A DNA stretch of 14,876 nt from a virus, in UHGV virus genome UHGV-1725451, one strand, 5' to 3'. The number at the start of each line of letters is the position of its first letter. Position 1 is the first letter of the stretch. Under the pieces are notes generated by a model. It was not told where the DNA came from, searched no databases, and was given only the letters and a program-made list of their open reading frames with translations. This document shows positions 8,421 to 14,876 of the stretch, one piece after another. The position numbers were made by a program, and so were the translations under genes.

Positions 8421-8651
8421 TTAAGCTGCGTTCTTTTCGGTGTGTGGAAACAACTTCGGAAGATCCGGGCGAATCTGGTATGCCTTCACTACTCCACCAG
8501 TAGCCGTAACAATGCTGCCGACATGTTCAGGGGATACCTTTGCTTTGTTGTGAAGCCACTTATAGACGGCCTGCTGTGAAACTTCGCAAGCAGCGCCCAG
8601 TTTCTTTTGTGAACCAACGATATTGATCGCTGTTTTGATAGCTGGGTTCAT
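8421..8651 (-). CDS. Cro/YdaS-like small HTH DNA-binding protein
   Basis: 76-aa ORF MNPAIKTAINIVGSQKKLGAACEVSQQAVYKWLHNKAKVSPEHV... with an HTH-like segment. GGAGG ribosome-binding site. Transcribed divergently from the repressor. Confidence 0.7.
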   Translation of the reverse strand: MNPAIKTAINIVGSQKKLGAACEVSQQAVYKWLHNKAKVSPEHVGSIVTATGGVVKAYQIRPDLPKLFPHTEKNAA

Positions 8652-8678
8652 AACAACCTCCGTGGTTAATTTGAATCA

Positions 8679-8749
8679 AGATTAAAACCATGGTTGTTTT
8701 TAGTCAACAACCATTTTCGTTTGATGGAATAAAACCTTGGTTGTACATT
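8679..8749. promoter_or_regulatory. divergent pR/pRM-like promoter region with operator inverted repeats (OR)
   Basis: Minus-strand candidate: -35 TTGACT (8702-8707), 17-bp spacer, -10 TAATCT (8679-8684), driving the cro-like gene. Plus-strand candidate: -35 TTGATG (8721-8726), 17-bp spacer, -10 TACATT (8744-8749), ending about 7 nt before the repressor ATG (possibly leaderless). Operator-like palindromes AAAACCATGGTTGTTTT (8684-8700), ACAACC (8707-8712) and AAAACCTTGGTTGT (8731-8744) overlap the spacers. Confidence 0.5.
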
Positions 8750-8755
8750 TGGACT

Positions 8756-9445
8756 ATGAAAACAACACTCTCAGAAAGACTTAAAGAAGCCAGATTAGCG
8801 CGAGGCCTTACACAAAAGGCGCTTGGGGATTTGGTCGGGGTTAGCCAAGCTGCTATTCAGAAAATCGAAACAGGGAAAGCTAATCAAACAACTAAAATCG
8901 TGGAGATCGCGAACGCTTTGGGTGTGCGCGCAGAATGGTTATCTTCTGGCGTTGGAAATATGTCAGACAGTACAGTGCAACCAATACAATCAACTGTCAG
9001 CCATTCCAAATACTTCAAGATTGACGTTCTTGATATAGAAGTCAGTGCTGGGCCGGGAGTCATCAACCGTGAGTTTGTAGAAGTTCTACGCTCGGTTGAG
9101 TACTCGTTTGACGATGCTCGTCATATGTTCGATGGTAGGAAGGCGGAAAATATCCGCATCATTAACGTGCGTGGTGACAGCATGTCAGGAACGATCGAAC
9201 CAGGTGATCTGCTGTTCGTTGATATCACAGTTAAATCTTTCGACGGTGATGGTATCTATGCGTTTCTGTACGACGACACAGCCCATGTAAAGCGCCTGCA
9301 AATGATGAAGGATAAGCTGCTGGTCATCTCTGATAACAAAAGCTACTCACCGTGGGACCCGATCGAGAAAGACGAGATGAACCGGGTGTTCATCTTCGGT
9401 AAGGTTATTGGGAGCATGCCGCAGACATATAGGAAGCATGGGTAG
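8756..9445 (+). CDS. cI: CI-type prophage repressor (N-terminal XRE-family HTH, C-terminal S24 LexA-like peptidase domain)
   Basis: ORF 8690-9445. Probable start MKTTLSERLKEARLARGLTQKALGDLVGVSQAAIQKIETGK (HTH). C-terminal GDSM serine motif (INVRGDSMSGTIEPGDLLFVD) and lysine (HVKRLQ) typical of autocleaving repressors. Confidence 0.85.
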   Translation: MKTTLSERLKEARLARGLTQKALGDLVGVSQAAIQKIETGKANQTTKIVEIANALGVRAEWLSSGVGNMSDSTVQPIQSTVSHSKYFKIDVLDIEVSAGPGVINREFVEVLRSVEYSFDDARHMFDGRKAENIRIINVRGDSMSGTIEPGDLLFVDITVKSFDGDGIYAFLYDDTAHVKRLQMMKDKLLVISDNKSYSPWDPIEKDEMNRVFIFGKVIGSMPQTYRKHG

Positions 9446-9566
9446 TACCAATTAAAAATTATCAACTGGGCATTGTGCTCATTCAGTAAAGAACTAATTC
9501 CTATCTTTGCTCTAGGTAGTAATATTAAGCCACCGCAATAATATCTTTACCTAACGGCGTAAGAAT

Positions 9567-9592
9567 CCCGGTCACCGTGCCGGGTTTTCTTT
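9567..9592 (+). terminator. putative intrinsic terminator after the repressor gene
   Basis: CCCGG(U)...(G)CCGGG stem of 5-6 bp followed by TTTTCTTTT. The stem is short, so confidence is limited. Confidence 0.4.
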
Positions 9593-9706
9593 TGCCCTCC
9601 CCTCATCACACACACCGTTAAAAAAACCACCATAACCTCGCTTCAGTTATCGCTATGCGATTCAAGTCACAAAATAAATCCATCCTAAATACAACCAGTT
9701 ATATCT

Positions 9707-9763
9707 AAAACAACCAATAAAACAACTTTTGTTGTTGACGGTAAAACAACTATAGTTTTAAAT
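9707..9763 (+). promoter_or_regulatory. pL-like promoter with OL-type operator repeats
   Basis: Candidate -35 TTGACG (9735-9740), 17-bp spacer, -10 TTAAAT (9758-9763). Three direct AAAACAAC copies (9707-9714, 9719-9726, 9743-9750) and an AACAAC-TTTT-GTTGTT inverted repeat (9721-9736) share the ACAAC(C)/GGTTGT half-site seen at OR. Confidence 0.45.
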
Positions 9764-9956
9764 AAGTTCATCGCAACAACACAACGATACGGCAACCACC
9801 TGATTCACCGTTGCGATGACCGCTTAGATCCGCAGTTTGAATTTCAGCAGGCTTCGGGGAGTGCGAGGGGTGAAACGGACGCGTGAACGTCGGTGTGACC
9901 AGCTGAAATCAACTCAACATTTCATACCTTAGTCGCTTCAACGAGGCGACTTAGTT

Positions 9957-10247
9957 ATGACAACCGGCGGCCATCCACCGCCTGAATACGCGCAGAAGTC
10001 TCTATATGTTCAGCAGCCCAGCTTACGGGCAGGAGTTTTTATGGTTCATCAACATTACGGAACGCAGACCGTTAATCGAGGTGCGGTCATGCCAGGAATG
10101 CTGGTCAAACACAAAGATGGTACCTGGACTGCATCAGCTAATTTACGCGGACGGCTTTATCTGCATCGCGGCATCGAGCGCACTTATACCCGTGATTTGC
10201 TCGTGGAAGTTTTTCTCGACGGACGCGGTAACGGCCTGAATCGCTAA
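9957..10247 (+). CDS. hypothetical protein, first gene of the left operon (96 aa from 9957; alternatively 68 aa from ATG 10041, which has the better ribosome-binding site AGGAG-N5-ATG)
   Basis: ORF-track frame [13 protein letters not shown]...[69 protein letters not shown] recognise no homolog. Occupies the position where lambda has N-ral-sieB-cIII-kil. Confidence 0.4.
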   Translation: MTTGGHPPPEYAQKSLYVQQPSLRAGVFMVHQHYGTQTVNRGAVMPGMLVKHKDGTWTASANLRGRLYLHRGIERTYTRDLLVEVFLDGRGNGLNR

Positions 10248-10322
10248 TCCCCTTTCCTGTTTTCCTAATCAGCCTGGCATTTCGCGGGCGATATTTTCAC
10301 AGCCATTTTCAGGAGTTCAGCC

Positions 10323-10619
10323 ATGAACGCTTATTACATTCAGGATCGTCTTGAGGCTCAGAGCTGGGCGCGTCACTACCAGCAGATCGCCCGTGAAGAG
10401 AAAGAGGCAGAACTGGCAGACGACATGGAAAAAGGCCTGCCCCAGCACCTGTTTGAATCGCTATGCATCGATCATTTGCAACGCCACGGGGCCAGCAAAA
10501 AAGCCATTACCCGTGCGTTTGATGACGATGTTGGGTTTCAGGAGCGCATGGCAGAACACATCCGGTACATGGTTGAAACCATTGCTCACCACCAGGTTGA
10601 TATTGATTCAGAGGTATAA
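10323..10619 (+). CDS. gam: Gam (GamS form), RecBCD inhibitor
   Basis: 98-aa [101 protein letters not shown], near-identical to lambda GamS as recalled. Confidence 0.85.
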   Translation: MNAYYIQDRLEAQSWARHYQQIAREEKEAELADDMEKGLPQHLFESLCIDHLQRHGASKKAITRAFDDDVGFQERMAEHIRYMVETIAHHQVDIDSEV

Positions 10620-10624
10620 AACGG

Positions 10625-11410
10625 ATGAGTACAGCACTCGCAACGCTGGCAGGGAAGCTGGCTGAACGTGTCGGCATGGATTCTGTCGACCCACAGGAAC
10701 TGATCACCACTCTTCGCCAGACGGCATTTAAAGGTGATGCCAGCGATGCGCAGTTCATCGCATTGCTGATCGTCGCCAACCAGTACGGCCTTAATCCGTG
10801 GACGAAAGAAATTTACGCCTTCCCTGATAAGCAGAACGGCATTGTTCCGGTGGTGGGCGTTGATGGCTGGTCCCGCATCATCAATGAAAACCAGCAGTTT
10901 GATGGCATGGACTTTGAGCAGGACAATGAATCCTGTACATGCCGGATTTACCGCAAAGACCGTAATCATCCGATCTGCGTTACCGAATGGATGGATGAAT
11001 GCCGCCGCGAACCATTCAAAACTCGCGAAGGCAGAGAAATCACGGGGCCGTGGCAGTCGCATCCCAAACGGATGTTACGGCATAAAGCCATGATTCAGTG
11101 TGCCCGTCTGGCCTTCGGATTTGCTGGTATCTATGACAAGGATGAAGCCGAGCGCATTGTCGAAAATACTGCATACACTGCAGAACGTCAGCCAGAACGC
11201 GACATCACTCCGGTTAACGATGAAACCATGCAGGAGATTAACACTCTGCTGATCGCCCTGGATAAAACATGGGATGACGACTTATTGCCGCTCTGTTCCC
11301 AGATATTTCGCCGCGACATTCGCGCATCGTCAGAACTGACACAGGCCGAAGCAGTGAAAGCTCTTGGATTCCTGAAACAGAAAGCCACTGAGCAGAAGGT
11401 GGCAGCATGA
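10625..11410 (+). CDS. bet: Bet (Red-beta) single-strand annealing recombinase
   Basis: 261-aa [70 protein letters not shown]..., near-identical to lambda Bet as recalled. Confidence 0.9.
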   Translation: MSTALATLAGKLAERVGMDSVDPQELITTLRQTAFKGDASDAQFIALLIVANQYGLNPWTKEIYAFPDKQNGIVPVVGVDGWSRIINENQQFDGMDFEQDNESCTCRIYRKDRNHPICVTEWMDECRREPFKTREGREITGPWQSHPKRMLRHKAMIQCARLAFGFAGIYDKDEAERIVENTAYTAERQPERDITPVNDETMQEINTLLIALDKTWDDDLLPLCSQIFRRDIRASSELTQAEAVKALGFLKQKATEQKVAA

Positions 11411-12087
11411 CACCGGACATTATCCTGCAGCGTACCGGGATCGACGTGAGAGCTGTCGAACAGGGGGATGATGCATGGCACAAATTACGGCTCGGCGTCA
11501 TCACCGCTTCAGAAGTTCACAACGTGATAGCAAAGCCCCGCTCAGGAAAGAAGTGGCCTGACATGAAAATGTCCTACTTCCACACCCTGCTAGCTGAGGT
11601 TTGCACCGGTGTGGCTCCGGAAGTTAACGCTAAAGCGCTGGCCTGGGGAAAACAGTACGAGAACGACGCCAGAACCCTGTTTGAGTTCACTTCCGGCGTA
11701 AATGTTATTGAATCCCCGATCATCTATCGCGACGAAAGTATGCGCACCGCCTGCTCTCCCGATGGTTTATGCAGTGACGGCAATGGCCTTGAGCTGAAAT
11801 GCCCGTTTACCTCCCGGGATTTCATGAAATTCCGGCTCGGTGGTTTCGAGGCCATAAAGTCGGCTTACATGGCCCAGGTGCAGTACAGCATGTGGGTGAC
11901 GCGAAAAGATGCCTGGTACTTTGCCAACTATGACCCGCGTATGAAGCGTGAAGGCCTGCATTATGTCGTGATTGAGCGGAATGAAAAGTATATAGCGAGT
12001 TTTGACGAGATGGTGCCGGAGTTCATCGAAAAAATGGACGAGGCACTGGCTGAAATTGGTTTTGTATTTGGGGAGCAATGGCGATGA
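11407..12087 (+). CDS. exo: Exo (Red-alpha) 5'-3' exonuclease
   Basis: 226-aa [71 protein letters not shown]..., near-identical to lambda Exo as recalled. ATGA overlap with bet. Confidence 0.9.
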   Translation: MTPDIILQRTGIDVRAVEQGDDAWHKLRLGVITASEVHNVIAKPRSGKKWPDMKMSYFHTLLAEVCTGVAPEVNAKALAWGKQYENDARTLFEFTSGVNVIESPIIYRDESMRTACSPDGLCSDGNGLELKCPFTSRDFMKFRLGGFEAIKSAYMAQVQYSMWVTRKDAWYFANYDPRMKREGLHYVVIERNEKYIASFDEMVPEFIEKMDEALAEIGFVFGEQWR

Positions 12088-12266
12088 AACATCCTCACGA
12101 TAATATCCGCGTAGGCACGATCACTTTCGTCTACTCCGTTACGAAGCGAGGCTGGGTATTTCCCGGCCTTTCTGTTATCCGAAATCCCCTGAAAGCACAG
12201 CGGCTGGCTGAGGAGATAAATAATAAACGGGGAGCTGTATGCACAAAGCATCTCCCGTTGAGTTAA
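12078..12266 (+). CDS. lambda orf60a-like small protein
   Basis: 62-aa [65 protein letters not shown] overlapping the exo stop. Position and sequence resemble lambda orf60a (from memory). Confidence 0.6.
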   Translation: MAMKHPHDNIRVGTITFVYSVTKRGWVFPGLSVIRNPLKAQRLAEEINNKRGAVCTKHLPLS

Positions 12267-12430
12267 GAACGAGTATCGAGATGGCACATAGCCTCGCTCA
12301 AATTGGAGTCAGGTTTGTGCCAATACCAGTAGAAACAGACGAAGAATTTCATACGTTAGCCGCATCCCTTTCACAAAAGCTGGAAATGATGGTGGCGAAA
12401 GCAGAAGCAGATGAGAGAGACCAGGTATGA
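12239..12430 (+). CDS. lambda orf63-like small protein
   Basis: 63-aa [66 protein letters not shown]. Confidence 0.6.
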   Translation: MHKASPVELRTSIEMAHSLAQIGVRFVPIPVETDEEFHTLAASLSQKLEMMVAKAEADERDQV

Positions 12431-12510
12431 CAACCACGGAATGCATTTTTCTGGCAGCGGGCTTCATATTCTGTGTGCTTATGCTTGCCGACATGGGACT
12501 TGTTCAATGA
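12427..12510 (+). CDS. putative 27-aa hydrophobic mini-protein, translationally coupled on both sides
   Basis: Hand translation gives MTTTECIFLAAGFIFCVLMLADMGLVQ*. Its ATG overlaps the orf63-like stop (ATGA) and its stop overlaps the next gene's ATG (ATGA). Purine-rich tract upstream. One predicted transmembrane helix. Confidence 0.3.
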   Translation: MTTTECIFLAAGFIFCVLMLADMGLVQ

Positions 12511-12722
12511 CACCTCAGCAGGAAAACGCCCTTCGCAGCATTGCCCGTCAGGCTAATTCTGAAATCAAAAAAGCCAGACAGCAGTTTCCGGATAAAAACG
12601 TCGATGACATTTGCCGTAGCGTACTGAAGAAGCACCGCGAAACGGTAACGCTGATGGGATTCACACCGACTCATTTAAGCCTGGCAATCGGCATGTTAAA
12701 CGGCGTCTTTAAGGAACGATGA
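12507..12722 (+). CDS. lambda orf61-like small protein (71 aa)
   Basis: MTPQQENALRSIARQANSEIKKARQQFPDKNVDDICRSVLKKHRETVTLMGFTPTHLSLAIGMLNGVFKER, the in-frame portion of ORF 12411-12722 that starts at the coupled ATG. Confidence 0.5.
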   Translation: MTPQQENALRSIARQANSEIKKARQQFPDKNVDDICRSVLKKHRETVTLMGFTPTHLSLAIGMLNGVFKER

Positions 12723-12820
12723 ACATGAAAAGCAAAATCATCAGGGAGCTACAGGCTCCTTTTTTATTATTCGCATTCACCCTCAAGCGTATTAACCAAC
12801 AATTCAGGGATTAATGAAAG

Positions 12821-13039
12821 ATGGCAGACATCATTGATTCAGCATCAGAAATTGAAGAATTACAGCGCAACACAGCAATAAAAATGCGCCGCCTGAACCA
12901 CCAGGCTATATCTGCCACTCATTGTTGTGAGTGTGGCGATCCGATAGATGAACGAAGACGCCTGGCCGTTCAGGGTTGTCGGACTTGTGCAAGTTGCCAG
13001 GAGGAGATCGAACTTAAGAACAAACAATGGGGACTGTGA
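12821..13039 (+). CDS. TraR/DksA-family C4 zinc-finger protein (phage TraR-like)
   Basis: 72-aa ORF with CxxC-N17-CxxC (CCECGDPIDERRRLAVQGCRTCASC) and an acidic N-terminus, typical of TraR/DksA-like RNA-polymerase secondary-channel binders. Confidence 0.7.
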   Translation: MADIIDSASEIEELQRNTAIKMRRLNHQAISATHCCECGDPIDERRRLAVQGCRTCASCQEEIELKNKQWGL

Positions 13040-13086
13040 TGGCCTCAAAGCAGCAAATTTCAACATCGTCCAACTGAGGTGTAAAA

Positions 13087-13365
13087 ATGTTCAGAATCAT
13101 TTTTCCTAACACCTGGTACGTCGACCACCACGGCGCTCCCTGCAAAATCCTGCGTTCTACCCACAACAAAGTTCACTACATCCGAAAAGGCAGAACATGT
13201 ATCGCCAGCATGTTCCGCTTTAATCATGACTTTGAACCTGTGAATAAAGCTGATGCAGATCGGATAGCAGAAGAGATCGAAACGGCAGAACACATTAAGA
13301 AGTTACGTGACATGCGTTCAAAAAGCAGAGGTAACCATGGAATCATACAGCCTCACACTCGATGA
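13087..13365 (+). CDS. hypothetical protein (92 aa)
   Basis: ORF MFRIIFPNTWYVDHHGAPCKILRSTHNKVHYIRKGRTCIASMFRFNHDFEPVNKADADRIAEEIETAEHIKKLRDMRSKSRGNHGIIQPHTR. Same strand and operon context as neighbours. No homolog recognised. Confidence 0.45.
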   Translation: MFRIIFPNTWYVDHHGAPCKILRSTHNKVHYIRKGRTCIASMFRFNHDFEPVNKADADRIAEEIETAEHIKKLRDMRSKSRGNHGIIQPHTR

Positions 13366-13455
13366 GGCCTGACAGTTTCTCAAGATCGCCAGATCTACCG
13401 CAACCGACAATAACCGCCACTGAACGGTTTATTTCTTTATGGAGAAACCATACAA

Positions 13456-13686
13456 ATGACAATCAATATTCAGCCGATTCTAATAAACCGCGAGCGTGTT
13501 CAGGAGATGCTTGGTGGTATCTCCAGAACTACTTTTTACCGGAAGCGTAAACAGTGGGAGCAATCAGGGACACCATTCCCTCGGGAAGTGGAAGAAATCC
13601 ACCCACCGAAAGGCGGCGCCCTCTTTCGCTACAAGGAAGTTATTCAGTTTTGCAAAGATAAAGGATTGATTTCCGAACACTCTTGA
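13456..13686 (+). CDS. xis: excisionase/AlpA-like small DNA-binding protein (Xis-family winged helix)
   Basis: 76-aa ORF ...ERVQEMLGGISRTTFYRKRKQWEQSGTPFPREVEEIHPPKGGALFRYKEVIQFCK... follows the Xis/AlpA pattern (I/LS..T.YR...fP...gg..w). Adjacent to the integrase. Confidence 0.6.
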   Translation: MTINIQPILINRERVQEMLGGISRTTFYRKRKQWEQSGTPFPREVEEIHPPKGGALFRYKEVIQFCKDKGLISEHS

Positions 13687-14672
13687 ATTTTCTTAGCCCA
13701 TAATTCTGCTGCGTCCTGCTGCTCGGGGATGTAGTCATACTGGTCATAAACAGCCAGCATCCCCGTGAGCTTATGCCCGAGAATTTTCTCCGAAACATGA
13801 GGTGCTACTCCAAGTTCAGCCATTTTTGTTTTGCACGTTCTGCGCAGATCGTGCAATGACCAGTGCTCGCCCCCCATAACATCTTCTACCTGTTCTGCAA
13901 TAGAAATTAGGGTGCTGGCAGACATTGGGCGATTTTCCTGTAACTTAGCCGGAGGAAATACGATTGACAGATCAGGGTATAGATCAAATACCTGCTGCAA
14001 ATAATCTGCTGCGAGTTTTGAAATACCGCGAACAAATCGCTTACGCGTTTTTGAGTTCTCTTTCGGTATAGTCCATTCTCTAGACTTCAGATCAAAATCA
14101 GTCTTCTTAGCCAACCGCAATTCAACACCACGACAACCAGTTAACGCAACAATTCGAATAAACATTTTGTTTTGCCACGACATTTTCGTTTTGTCGATGG
14201 CATTCCAGAATGCGCCTATCTCAACATCGTTAAGAAAACGTTCGCCATTATTAGGTCTACTGCCGATATCATTAATCTCAAGAAGCATCAGTGCATTTGA
14301 TGTTATGCGTTTTCTGCGTAACGCATAGCGGATCACTTGCTTCATCTTCACCAGTACATTTCCCGCCTGTACGGGTGACCCACCTTTTGTTATGCGAATG
14401 AATATTTGCTCCCACTCTACAGGACTCATTTCATCTGCAATCAGCTTACCGTAATTGTCGGTGATGTGAAGTTTCAGCATCCGCTTCCAGTATTCGTACT
14501 TCACCATCTCTTTTACTGAAGGAGTATCAAACCACTCGTCAACTAGGGTACTGATGCTTGGGGAACTTGATGCAATATCTTTGGCTTTCTTCCTTTGCAT
14601 GGCTGGGTCTTTACCCTTCTCCAACCACCCTTTACACTCTTCCAATGCATCGCGAGCTTCCTTAAGCGACAT
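13644..14672 (-). CDS. int: tyrosine recombinase / phage integrase (catalytic and core-binding domains); N-terminal arm-binding region is upstream but frame-disrupted
   Basis: 342-aa ORF with the HDLRRT motif and C-terminal ...LAVYDQYDY (tyrosine region). The same frame continues upstream without a start codon (NTLQETRGGSDGGGLSVRISPKGLITFQYRYRFNGKPARLKLGTYGK-MSLKEARD) to a stop at 14814-14816. A candidate N-terminus MLPSETMIWQPEFTDKTLSRKPG starts at ATG 14858-14860 in another frame. Confidence 0.85.
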   Translation of the reverse strand: MSLKEARDALEECKGWLEKGKDPAMQRKKAKDIASSSPSISTLVDEWFDTPSVKEMVKYEYWKRMLKLHITDNYGKLIADEMSPVEWEQIFIRITKGGSPVQAGNVLVKMKQVIRYALRRKRITSNALMLLEINDIGSRPNNGERFLNDVEIGAFWNAIDKTKMSWQNKMFIRIVALTGCRGVELRLAKKTDFDLKSREWTIPKENSKTRKRFVRGISKLAADYLQQVFDLYPDLSIVFPPAKLQENRPMSASTLISIAEQVEDVMGGEHWSLHDLRRTCKTKMAELGVAPHVSEKILGHKLTGMLAVYDQYDYIPEQQDAAELWAKKIQECSEINPLSLQN

Positions 14673-14876
14673 CTTCCCGTACGTTCCGAGCTTTAACCTG
14701 GCGGGTTTTCCATTGAAACGATAGCGGTATTGAAAGGTGATAAGTCCCTTCGGGCTGATCCTGACAGAAAGTCCGCCTCCGTCTGAACCGCCCCGGGTTT
14801 CCTGGAGAGTGTTTTATCTGTGAACTCAGGCTGCCAGATCATCGTTTCCGATGGAAGCATAATAAGCTTTTTCTGC

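Noticed and set aside
8690-8755. N-terminal 22-aa extension of the repressor ORF (MVVFSQQPFSFDGIKPWLYIWT)
   Set aside because: The extension would be encoded across the operator/promoter region. The HTH domain begins right after the internal Met at 8756, which sits the right distance downstream of a -10-like hexamer.
10006-10239. Alternative 77-aa ORF overlapping the 9957-10247 ORF in another frame
   Set aside because: No ribosome-binding site upstream of its ATG. The frame-0 ORF has Shine-Dalgarno-like sequences at both candidate starts. Neither is proven.
10351-11504. Antisense or alternate-frame ORFs within gam, bet and exo (10351-10665+, 10507-10779-, 10586-11062-, 10842-11093+, 11188-11481-, 11238-11504-)
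   Set aside because: They overlap the near-lambda-identical gam, bet and exo coding sequences, and none has a ribosome-binding site or recognisable product.
13306-13315. Second partial copy (TACGTGACA) of the 13-bp arm motif from the 3370-3419 site
   Set aside because: Only a 9-bp match inside a coding region. Expected by chance at about this frequency in 15 kb on two strands.
1-14876. tRNA, rRNA or CRISPR elements
   Set aside because: No cloverleaf-like or rRNA-like sequence found by eye. Any tRNA attachment site for the integrase would lie beyond the right end of the window.

Overview
This window is a segment of a lambdoid prophage (E. coli DLP12-like backbone), and almost all of it is coding. 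Reading left to right: (1) a minus-strand late-regulation/nin block: Q antiterminator 5' end (partial), ylcG, rusA (frame-disrupted), ybcO, ninE, ninB/ybcN; (2) a low-GC cargo island on the minus strand: AraC-family regulator ybcM, PEBP-family ybcL, large serine recombinase ybcK, SMR efflux pump emrE; (3) minus-strand replication and immunity genes: ren, P, O with ori iterons inside O, a YdaT/CII-like gene and a Cro/YdaS-like gene; (4) a divergent operator/promoter region and a plus-strand CI-type repressor; (5) a plus-strand left operon that lacks any N-like gene: one unknown ORF, then gamS, bet, exo, orf60a/orf63/orf61-like small genes, a TraR/DksA-like zinc-finger protein, an unknown 92-aa ORF and an excisionase-like gene; (6) a convergent minus-strand tyrosine integrase whose N-terminus is frame-disrupted. 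Protein identities rest on my reading of the supplied translations against remembered lambda and E. coli K-12 sequences; no database search was run. The most unusual parts are the cargo island with a perfectly symmetric 50-bp site beside the serine recombinase, the non-lambda N-less entry to the left operon, and three frame disruptions that all fall in homopolymer runs (possibly sequencing artefacts).
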